From an uncultured Gammaproteobacteria bacterium (lineage in GTDB: Bacteria; Patescibacteriota; Patescibacteriia; 2-01-FULL-39-33): a stretch of 52,829 bases of DNA. The stretch spans positions 1 to 52,829 of the forward strand of contig CAYVUR010000003.1 in the NCBI GenBank assembly GCA_964455185.1. The letters are read 5' to 3'. Positions 46,110 through 52,829 of this stretch are shown here, piece by piece. Both the position numbers and the translations under genes were made by a program. Each line of letters opens with the position of its first letter. Position 1 is the stretch's first letter. The notes under the pieces are model-generated. The model saw only the letters and a list, made by a program, of their open reading frames with translations, was not told where the DNA came from and made no database searches.

Positions 46110-47351
46110 ATGTTAACATTGAAAATTGCTATTAAATCTTTAATGAAAAATAAACTTAGAACCTTGCTTACTGTTTTAGGAATTGTAATTGGAATTGCTG
46201 CAGTTATAATTGTCACGTCTGCTGGAGAAGGATTAAAAGGCCAAATTACATCACAATTAGATGCTTTTGGTAATAATATTATTCAAATTGAACCAAAAGT
46301 ACCATCAACTTCTCACGTCTCTTCAGAAAATGCCATGGCACAAGCTCAAGGAGTACAAATAACTACTTTAACAAAAGAAGACGGGGAGGCTATTGGTAAA
46401 CTTAAAAATATTTCTAATCATTATGCTGCTTTAATTGATCAAGAAATTATTACTTATCTTAATACTAATAAAGTAATAAATATTATAGGCACAGAACCGT
46501 CTTTTATTGATATGGATAAATCAGAAATTGCTCAAGGTAGATTTTTTAATAAAGATGAAGAAAATGATCTTTCTCGAGTGGCAGTTTTAGGAAATAAATT
46601 AGCTAAAACTTTATTTGGCAATCAAGATCCCGTTGGTCAGCAAGTAAAAATAGGCCGTACCCAATTTAAAATAATAGGTGTACTTCAAGAAAGGGGCAAT
46701 ACTTTTGGTTTTGATTTTGATAATATTGTTTATTTACCACTTGCTACTTTACAAAAAATAATTATGGGAGTAGATCATGTTCAATGGATAACTGCTCAAA
46801 TGGAAAATCCTGCTTTAGAAGCAGAAACAGCCGAAGACATTATTCAATTATTACGCAACCGACACGAAATCAGTGATTCGAAATATGATGATTTTTCAGT
46901 TATGACAATGACTGAGATGCGAGAAATGGTTGATACTATTTTTAATGCCATCACTTTTCTTTTAATAGCTTTAGCTGGTATTTCTTTATTAGTTGGTGGA
47001 GTGGGCATTATGAATATTATGTATGTATCAGTATCTGAAAGAACTTTTGAAATTGGTTTACGTAAAGCGGTTGGTGCTAGAAAAAGACAAATTCTTTGGC
47101 AATTTTTATTTGAAGCAATTATTGTTACTTTAATAGGGGGAATAATTGGTATTACTATAGGGCTTTTTATATCTTGGTTAGTAAGTTTTATTGCGGGACA
47201 ATTAGATTTTAATTGGTCATTCATTTTGCCGCCAGAATCAATTATTATTGCTTTTGGTTTTTGTGCAACAGTTGGGCTTATTTTTGGTTATTATCCAGCA
47301 AAACAAGCGGCTGAAATGGATGTAATTAATGCTTTAAGAAAAAACGAATGA
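46110..47351 (+). CDS. MacB/FtsX-family ABC transporter permease (no ATPase gene adjacent)
   Basis: 413 aa. N-terminal TM helix, large extracytoplasmic domain, C-terminal 3-TM FtsX-type domain (GGVGIMNIMYVSVSERTFEIGLRKAVGA). Confidence 0.85.
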   Translation: MLTLKIAIKSLMKNKLRTLLTVLGIVIGIAAVIIVTSAGEGLKGQITSQLDAFGNNIIQIEPKVPSTSHVSSENAMAQAQGVQITTLTKEDGEAIGKLKNISNHYAALIDQEIITYLNTNKVINIIGTEPSFIDMDKSEIAQGRFFNKDEENDLSRVAVLGNKLAKTLFGNQDPVGQQVKIGRTQFKIIGVLQERGNTFGFDFDNIVYLPLATLQKIIMGVDHVQWITAQMENPALEAETAEDIIQLLRNRHEISDSKYDDFSVMTMTEMREMVDTIFNAITFLLIALAGISLLVGGVGIMNIMYVSVSERTFEIGLRKAVGARKRQILWQFLFEAIIVTLIGGIIGITIGLFISWLVSFIAGQLDFNWSFILPPESIIIAFGFCATVGLIFGYYPAKQAAEMDVINALRKNE

Positions 47352-48466
47352 TTTTTAATAAAAACAAAATTTTAATAACAACTGATTGGTGGTTAATAAC
47401 TATTATCATTTTTTTAGTAACTTTTGGATTAGCTGCTATTTATAGTGTAGCATTAGGAAGAGGCGGAAGTGAATTTGATAATCTTCAAAAACAAATTATT
47501 TGGATGTTTTTTGGGATAATTTTAATGTTTATTGTATCTTTAATTGATTATCATTTCTGGTGTAAAATTAGTTGGATTGGTTATATTGTTTCTTTAATAC
47601 TTTTAATACTTGTTTTAACACCTCTTGGTTCAACAATAAAAGGGGCTCGGGGATGGTTTGATTTAGGATCAGCATCTTTTCAACCGGTAGAATTAACTAA
47701 AATTTTTTTAATTTTAATATTGGCTGATTTTTGTAGTCGCTATAGTAGACAAATTTATAAATTAAAACAATTATTTTTTATGGGATTATTAGCTATAATA
47801 CCTTTGAGTTTAGTAATAATTCAACCAGATTTTGGTTCTGCTATGGTTTTATTTTTTATCTGGTTAGTATCATTTTTACTTGTTATGCAAAAAAAATGGC
47901 ATGGTTTATTAGTTTTTGGTAGTATAATTTTATTATTTCTAGGTGCTTGGTTTTTTTTATTACAAGATTACCAAAAAGATCGTATTAAAATTTTTTTGAA
48001 TCCAGAATTAGATCCTTTAGGTAGGGGGTACAATGTTCAACAATCAATAATAGCTGTAGGCGCTGGCAAATTTTTAGGAAGAGGTTTAGGGTTTGGTAGT
48101 CAAAGTCAATTAAAATTCATTCCTGAAAGTCAAACTGATTTTATTTTTTCCGTAATTGCTGAAGAAATTGGTTTTGTTGGTGTATTTTTAATTTTATTTT
48201 TATTTGGGTTATTTTTTTATAGATTTTATCGAATAGCTAGCCGTGCTCCTGATGATTTTGGAATGTTTGTATCAATTTTAACAGCAGCTACTGTTTTTAT
48301 TCATGTTTTTATTAATTCCGGAATGTGCGTTGGCTTGCTTCCAGTTACTGGAATTTCATTACCTTTTGTTTCTTATGGAGGAAGTTTTTTATTAACAATG
48401 ATGATTCTAGTAGGAATTAATCTCAGTATTTATCGTTATGAAGTATTATTAAGAGAACTTGATTAA
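47348..48466 (+). CDS. ftsW: SEDS-family peptidoglycan polymerase FtsW/RodA
   Basis: 372 aa. QPVELTKI, QPDFGSA, PESQTDFIFSVIAEE, GISLPFVSYGGS. The ATG overlaps the upstream stop (ATGA). Confidence 0.88.
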   Translation: MIFNKNKILITTDWWLITIIIFLVTFGLAAIYSVALGRGGSEFDNLQKQIIWMFFGIILMFIVSLIDYHFWCKISWIGYIVSLILLILVLTPLGSTIKGARGWFDLGSASFQPVELTKIFLILILADFCSRYSRQIYKLKQLFFMGLLAIIPLSLVIIQPDFGSAMVLFFIWLVSFLLVMQKKWHGLLVFGSIILLFLGAWFFLLQDYQKDRIKIFLNPELDPLGRGYNVQQSIIAVGAGKFLGRGLGFGSQSQLKFIPESQTDFIFSVIAEEIGFVGVFLILFLFGLFFYRFYRIASRAPDDFGMFVSILTAATVFIHVFINSGMCVGLLPVTGISLPFVSYGGSFLLTMMILVGINLSIYRYEVLLRELD

Positions 48467-48507
48467 ATTTGTTATTTATGTTATTTTAAATATGTTATTA
48501 TTAAATT

Positions 48508-48840
48508 ATGAGAGACTTTTTAAATAATAATTTTAATTACCGACCAGAAGATGGACTACGTATAGTTTCACGTTGTCCAGTTTGTCAATTAGAACACAAC
48601 CCAATAGAAACTGTAATTTTAGATGAAGCTGATGGTGCACATTTAATATATATTAAATGTAAAAATTGTAATTCTGGAGTTGTTGCTGCAGTATCTTTGG
48701 GTACAATGGGAATTTCATCTTTAGGCGCGGTTACTGATCTTAGTAGTAAAGAAATTATGGAAATTAAGGATCGAGATCCAATTGATGAAAATGATGTAAT
48801 TGAAATTTATAGAGAACTTTATCATAAAAAATCTAAATAG
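48508..48840 (+). CDS. Small zinc-ribbon protein, function unknown
   Basis: 110 aa. CPVC...x24...CKNC. Confidence 0.6.
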   Translation: MRDFLNNNFNYRPEDGLRIVSRCPVCQLEHNPIETVILDEADGAHLIYIKCKNCNSGVVAAVSLGTMGISSLGAVTDLSSKEIMEIKDRDPIDENDVIEIYRELYHKKSK

Positions 48841-48919
48841 TTTAACTTGACTTTTTATCTATTTTAATTTATTATTAAATAATTCTTAAGTTATAACTAA
48901 CAATAAAAATAAAAATTTT

Positions 48920-49576
48920 ATGACCCTGAAATTAGAAGCAAAAACAAGAAAATATTTAAGAAAAAAAGTGGCTTTACTTAGACAGTCTGGTAAAATTCCT
49001 GCTGTTATTTACGGCCATAAAAAAGAAAACCAAAATCTTGAAATTAATTATATTGAATTTGAAAAAATCTTAAACAAGGCCGGAGAAAATACTTTAATTG
49101 ATTTAATTATTGATGATAATTCCCCAGTTAAAGTTATTATTGCTGACATACAACGTGAACCAATTAAAAATCATATTATTCATGTTGATTTGCATCAAAT
49201 TAATATGAAAGAAAAAATTAAAGCAAAAGTACCAATAGAATTTACTGGAGAATCAAAAGCAGTAAAAGAAGAAGGTGGAGTTTTAATTCACAATATTTCA
49301 GAAGTTGAAATATATTGTTTACCAGAAAATTTAATTCATCAAATTTTAGTAGATATAACTCCTCTTGAAACTTTTGATGATGTTATTACTATTAAAGATC
49401 TTAAAATTTCGGCTAATATAGAAGTTTTGCATCATAAACCAGATGATATAGTAGTATTAGTGACTCGACCTAAAGAGGAAAAAGAAGAAATTACAGTTAC
49501 TACAACAAGCACTGAAAACGAAACTACTTCTAATAATACTGATAATGTTGAAACTACAGAAACTGAAAAAAAATAA
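48920..49576 (+). CDS. rplY: Ribosomal protein L25 / general stress protein Ctc (long form)
   Basis: LRQSGKIPAVIYG...IQREPIKNHIIHVDLHQI. C-terminal Thr/Glu/Asn-rich tail. Confidence 0.9.
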   Translation: MTLKLEAKTRKYLRKKVALLRQSGKIPAVIYGHKKENQNLEINYIEFEKILNKAGENTLIDLIIDDNSPVKVIIADIQREPIKNHIIHVDLHQINMKEKIKAKVPIEFTGESKAVKEEGGVLIHNISEVEIYCLPENLIHQILVDITPLETFDDVITIKDLKISANIEVLHHKPDDIVVLVTRPKEEKEEITVTTTSTENETTSNNTDNVETTETEKK

Positions 49577-49585
49577 AAATTAAAT

Positions 49586-49616
49586 AAAAAATCCCTTCTG
49601 AGAAGGGATTTTTTAT
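49586..49616 (+). terminator. Intrinsic terminator after rplY
   Basis: AAAAAATCCCTTC-tga-GAAGGGATTTTTT. Confidence 0.8.
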
Positions 49617-49690
49617 TATCACCAAAATTATTAATTATAATAAATGTTATTAATCAAAATTAATTTTATTAAACACAAAATAATTATAGT

Positions 49691-50557
49691 TTATAAGATT
49701 ATTTTTATAAATCTTTTTTTACCACATAAATCTTTAATTACATCGATTTTTGCAATTGAAAAATATTGTTTAGCTAATTTAAAAAAATCATACCAATAAT
49801 TACTATTTATTTCTATAAAAATTGCTTGAGGCAATTCTAAACGTTTGTTTAATTGTTTAAATAAATTTTTATAAACCATTAAACCATGATAACCAGCAAA
49901 TAGGGCTTTAGTTGGTTCATAACTTAAGCCACGTTTAATCTCGATTGAAAAATTTTTAATTTCTTTTTTATCTAAATAGGGAAGATTGGCTACAACAATA
50001 AAATTATTTAAATCTTCTTTAAAACTAGTTAAAAGATTACTTTTTTTAAAAATAACACTCAAATTTAAATTTTTAGAGTTTTGACGAGCTAAATTTAATG
50101 CTTCTGTAGATGATTCTAATCCATAAATTTTAGCTTGAGGTAATAATTTTTTAAAAGCTAAAGAAATACATCCTGAACCAGTTCCAATATCTATAATTTT
50201 TATTTCTGAGTTTTTTAAATTTTTATCTTTAATATAATCTATTACTAAATCTATTAATTGTTCGGTTTCTGGTCGAGGAATTAAAGTCTTAGATGATACT
50301 TTTATAGGTAAGCCATAAAAAAATTTATAACCAATTAAATAAGCTATTGGTTCATATTTAGCGCGACGTTCAATTAATAATTGAAATTTTTTTATTTGTT
50401 GTGTTGATATTTTTTTCTCTAAATGAGTTAAAACTTTTTCTCGAGAGGTTTTCAAGATGAAAGCAAGTAATACTTCAGCATCAAGACGCGCGGAATTTAT
50501 TTTTTTTTGAGATAAAATTTTAAAAGATTTTTCTAAGGCTTGAGCAATAGTCATCAA
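49691..50557 (-). CDS. prmC: Release-factor glutamine N5-methyltransferase PrmC (HemK)
   Basis: IPRPETE, DIGTGSGCI SAM motif, motif IV present as NLPY. Located downstream of prfA. Confidence 0.9.
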   Translation of the reverse strand: MMTIAQALEKSFKILSQKKINSARLDAEVLLAFILKTSREKVLTHLEKKISTQQIKKFQLLIERRAKYEPIAYLIGYKFFYGLPIKVSSKTLIPRPETEQLIDLVIDYIKDKNLKNSEIKIIDIGTGSGCISLAFKKLLPQAKIYGLESSTEALNLARQNSKNLNLSVIFKKSNLLTSFKEDLNNFIVVANLPYLDKKEIKNFSIEIKRGLSYEPTKALFAGYHGLMVYKNLFKQLNKRLELPQAIFIEINSNYWYDFFKLAKQYFSIAKIDVIKDLCGKKRFIKIIL

Positions 50558-50591
50558 TAAACATAATTAATAATTAATTAAAATAATTCAA

Positions 50592-51662
50592 TCATTCTTG
50601 ATTAGTTAAAATTAAAGTTTCAAAATGTTTTTTAACTGAATCAATTATTTTATCAATGTCTCCATCCATAATAGCTGTAATATTTGAAAAATTTTCATTA
50701 GATCGATGATCCGTTACTCTATCTTGAGGAAAATTATAAGTTCTAATTTTTTCACTACGATCACCTGTACCTATTTGAGATCTACGTGTTTCCGATAATT
50801 TTTTATTTTCCTCTGCTTCTTTGAGAGCTAAAAGTCTTGAACGTAAAACCATCATAGCTTTTTCACGATTCTGTAATTGAGAACGTTCATCTTGACAACT
50901 GACTACTAAACCTGAAGGAAGGTGAGTAATACGAACAGCTGAGTAAGTAGTATTAACTGATTGTCCACCATGTCCACCGGCACAAAAAGTATCGATACGC
51001 AAATCTTTAGGATCAATCTTAAAATCAATTTCTTCAGCTTCCGGCAAAACAGCAACGGTTACTGTTGAAGTATGAACACGTCCTTTTTTTTCGGTTTCTG
51101 GAACTCGTTGAACTCGATGTACACCACTTTCATATTTAAGACGACTATAAACATTTTGTCCAATAATCTCAAAAATTACTTCTTTATAACCTCCAATGCC
51201 AATTTTATTTTCTGAAATTAATTTAGTTTTCCAGCCACACTTTTCTGCATAACGCATATATAATCTAAACATTTCTCCAGCAAAAAGAGCAGCTTCATCA
51301 CCTCCAGCTCCTGCACGAATTTCTATAATAACATTTTTTTTATCATTAGGATCTTTAGGGATAAGCAATGATTGAATTTCTTTTTCTGTTTCTTCTAATT
51401 GGCGTAATAAATCATTTTTTTCCTCAAGTGATATCTTAATCATTTCTGAGTCATCTGTATTTTCTGCAATAATTGTTTCTACTGCAACTAAATCAGATTT
51501 TATTTTTTCTAAACGTTTTTTAGCAATAATAATTTCTTTTAAGTCATCATATTCCTGAGATATTTTTTTTATTTGTAAAGGGTCATTAATTACTGACTCT
51601 TTTTGTAATAGACGTTCTAATTCTTCAAATCTAGCTTGTATTTTTTCTAATTTATCATTCAT
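50592..51662 (-). CDS. prfA: Peptide chain release factor 1
   Basis: RVPETE (P-x-T) and GGQ (GHGGQSVN). Start moved to ATG 51662 (MNDKLEKIQ). Confidence 0.95.
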   Translation of the reverse strand: MNDKLEKIQARFEELERLLQKESVINDPLQIKKISQEYDDLKEIIIAKKRLEKIKSDLVAVETIIAENTDDSEMIKISLEEKNDLLRQLEETEKEIQSLLIPKDPNDKKNVIIEIRAGAGGDEAALFAGEMFRLYMRYAEKCGWKTKLISENKIGIGGYKEVIFEIIGQNVYSRLKYESGVHRVQRVPETEKKGRVHTSTVTVAVLPEAEEIDFKIDPKDLRIDTFCAGGHGGQSVNTTYSAVRITHLPSGLVVSCQDERSQLQNREKAMMVLRSRLLALKEAEENKKLSETRRSQIGTGDRSEKIRTYNFPQDRVTDHRSNENFSNITAIMDGDIDKIIDSVKKHFETLILTNQE

Positions 51663-51696
51663 ATTTATATAATAAATTGACAATATAATTATATCC

Positions 51697-51738
51697 TAAA
51701 TAAAAAGAACCTGCCAGTTAAACTGAAACAGGTTCTTT
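51697..51738 (-). terminator. Intrinsic terminator after rpmE
   Basis: AAAGAACCTG(51704-51713)/CAGGTTCTTT(51729-51738) with inner CAGTT/AACTG. On the minus strand it is followed by TTTTTATTT. Confidence 0.7.
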
Positions 51739-51749
51739 AATTTTTATAG

Positions 51750-52052
51750 TTATTTTTTAATAATTTTAATACCTTCTTTTTCTGCTTTTTTAGCGGCTTT
51801 TAAAGCTTTTTGTTTTTCTTTTTTAAGAGTTTTATTAATAACTTTATTAGATTTAGCTTCAACCTTCTTATTAAATTTATCAACTCTTTTAGCAGTATCT
51901 ACTAATTTTTGTTTACCTGTATAAAAAGGATGACAAGCAGAACAAATTTCTACATAAATTTCTTCTCTAGTTGATCCCACAACAAAACTATTGCCACAAG
52001 CGCAAGTGACTTTAGCTTCCGGATAATACTGAGGATGGATGTCCTTTTTCAT
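51750..52052 (-). CDS. rpmE: Ribosomal protein L31 (Zn-binding type, Lys-rich C-terminal extension)
   Basis: [10 protein letters not shown]...CACG...[13 protein letters not shown]. 100 aa. Confidence 0.94.
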   Translation of the reverse strand: MKKDIHPQYYPEAKVTCACGNSFVVGSTREEIYVEICSACHPFYTGKQKLVDTAKRVDKFNKKVEAKSNKVINKTLKKEKQKALKAAKKAEKEGIKIIKK

Positions 52053-52090
52053 ATTGATTGTCTAAAATTTAGTTTTATTTTAATGATACA

Positions 52091-52119
52091 ATTATATCTT
52101 ATTTAGACAAAAATGTCAA
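52091..52119 (-). promoter_or_regulatory. Sigma70-type promoter for rpmE
   Basis: Minus strand: TTGACA(52119-52114), 17 nt, TATAAT(52096-52091). Confidence 0.6.
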
Positions 52120-52167
52120 TAAAAATTTGATAATTTAAAAAAGTTTAATTAAATTAATTAATTTTTC

Positions 52168-52196
52168 TTGACTTTAATTAATTTTTATGCTAAATT
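52168..52196 (+). promoter_or_regulatory. Promoter for rpsB (extended -10)
   Basis: TTGACT(52168-52173), 17 nt ending in TGc, TAAATT(52191-52196). Confidence 0.5.
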
Positions 52197-52202
52197 TTAT
52201 TT

Positions 52203-52329
52203 GCTTTAATAAAGCATTTTTACTTTAATTTAACTAATTAATAAAATAAATCTCTCATATCTCGATAATTTCCTTGTTCGCTAAAATATAGCGAAATAAA
52301 CGAGATAGAAGATTAAAGGAAAAAAAATT
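52203..52329 (+). promoter_or_regulatory. Structured ~125-nt 5' UTR of rpsB
   Basis: Hairpin TGCTT-taata-AAGCA (52202-52216). Nested helix TATCTCG(52258-52264)/CGAGATA(52301-52307) encloses TTCGCT(52277-52282)/AGCGAA(52290-52295). SD AAGGA lies just downstream. Confidence 0.45.
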
Positions 52330-52829
52330 ATGCAAATGCCAACTGTAATGGAACTTTTACAATCAGGGGTACATTTTGGCCATCAAAAAGGCCGCTGGCA
52401 CCCCAAAATGAAACCTTATATTTTTACTGAAAGAAGCGGAGTTCATATTATTGATTTAGAAAAAACTCTAGAAAAATTAGAAAAAGCTTCTGAGTATGTT
52501 TCTAAAGTTGCTGCTAATGGTGGTTACATATTATTTGTCGGTACCAAAAATCAAGGGCAAGCGATTATTAAAAAATACGCTGAAATGTGTGGAATGCCTT
52601 ATATTAATCAACGTTGGGTTGGTGGATTATTTACTAATTATTCTAATGTCAGTAAATTAATTAAAAAATATCGCTCACTTAAAGAACAAAGAGATTCGGG
52701 AGCTCTTAATAAATATACTAAAAAAGAACAAGTTGAATTTAATAAAGAAATTGAAAGATTAGAAAAAATGGTTGGCGGTTTAGAAAATATGACCAAATTG
52801 CCAGAAGCCATATTTGTTTTAGATGTTAA
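52330..52829 (+). CDS. rpsB: Ribosomal protein S2 (5' part, runs off the window)
   Basis: My translation: MQMPTVMELLQSGVHFGHQKGRWHPKMKPYIF... The frame stays open to the window end. Confidence 0.93.
   Translation, partial: MQMPTVMELLQSGVHFGHQKGRWHPKMKPYIFTERSGVHIIDLEKTLEKLEKASEYVSKVAANGGYILFVGTKNQGQAIIKKYAEMCGMPYINQRWVGGLFTNYSNVSKLIKKYRSLKEQRDSGALNKYTKKEQVEFNKEIERLEKMVGGLENMTKLPEAIFVLDV

Noticed and set aside
4073-47224. Short ORFs antisense to, or out of frame within, conserved genes: 4073-4267(-), 10049-10237(-), 17805-18020(-), 20834-21127(-), 21717-21908(-), 24780-24974(-), 29028-29225(-), 31854-32054(-), 36820-37119(-), 44450-44632(+), 44796-45008(-), 46844-47224(-)
   Set aside because: Each overlaps a confidently identified gene (small ORF after secA, S41 peptidase, PfkB, ppdK, ACD, murJ, recJ/rnhA, mnmA/alaS, rplQ, helicase, permease). 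They have low-complexity, hydrophobic or Ile/Ser-rich translations typical of shadow ORFs in AT-rich DNA.
999-47351. Alternative genetic code (UGA recoded, as in some CPR lineages)
   Set aside because: TGA terminates ORFs at sensible protein ends (999-1001, 40633-40635, 47349-47351). The long conserved genes are uninterrupted under the standard code. An RF1 gene is present. There is no sign of in-frame TGA inside conserved proteins.
27430-51683. Upstream TTG or other extended starts from the track for recJ (27430), rplQ (36830), GT2 (40593) and prfA (51683)
   Set aside because: In each case an internal ATG reproduces the canonical N-terminus of the family: MNWKIK for recJ, MRHNRKG for L17, MISVIIPVYNA for GT2, and MNDKLEKIQ for RF1. 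The extension overlaps the upstream gene or promoter-like sequence.
1-52829. CRISPR arrays, rRNA genes, prophage or IS elements, toxin-antitoxin or known defence gene sets
   Set aside because: I looked for regularly spaced direct repeats, rRNA-like GC-rich blocks, and transposase, integrase or phage-type ORFs, and found none. Apart from the left-end locus, the window is housekeeping.

Overview
Strongly AT-rich (about 30% G+C by eye, not computed), gene-dense bacterial chromosome segment that uses the standard genetic code. It looks like a reduced-genome Patescibacteria/CPR-type organism: several housekeeping proteins are shortened (UvrC, AlaRS, RpoA, L13), PPDK sits next to an ADP-forming acetyl-CoA synthetase, and many genes lack a Shine-Dalgarno sequence. 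This taxonomic placement is inference only. I call 54 protein-coding genes, two of them short speculative ORFs. They include secA, mutM, uppP, mltG, pyrG, lepA, recJ, alaS, the infA-rpmJ-rpsM-rpsK-rpsD-rpoA-rplQ-rplM-rpsI block, recR, ftsW and rpmE-prfA-prmC. There are also two tRNA-Gln genes, a type-A RNase P RNA, about 13 intrinsic terminators and a set of very canonical TTGACA-N17-TAAAAT/TATAAT promoters. I found no rRNA, CRISPR array, transposase or integrase. The most unusual locus is at the left end. Two highly diverged paralogs of a protein family I do not recognise bracket secA (132-1001 and 4441-5189). Each is preceded by an essentially identical ~105-nt GC-rich structured leader RNA (1-104 and 4301-4412) that I cannot assign to any known RNA family. 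The second paralog is thrown out of frame exactly inside a (GA)6 tract, and removing one GA unit would restore a full-length product. Secondary observations: RpoA lacks the alpha-CTD and ends in an AT-hook. A T18 tract lies inside a membrane-protein gene. UvrC is minimal. A single-chain UvrD-helicase/Fe-S nuclease fusion is present. A 42-aa basic ORF with a decayed tandem repeat lies upstream of a tRNA-Gln. rpsB and rpmA have structured leaders. All family assignments come from motif recognition by eye; no searches were run.
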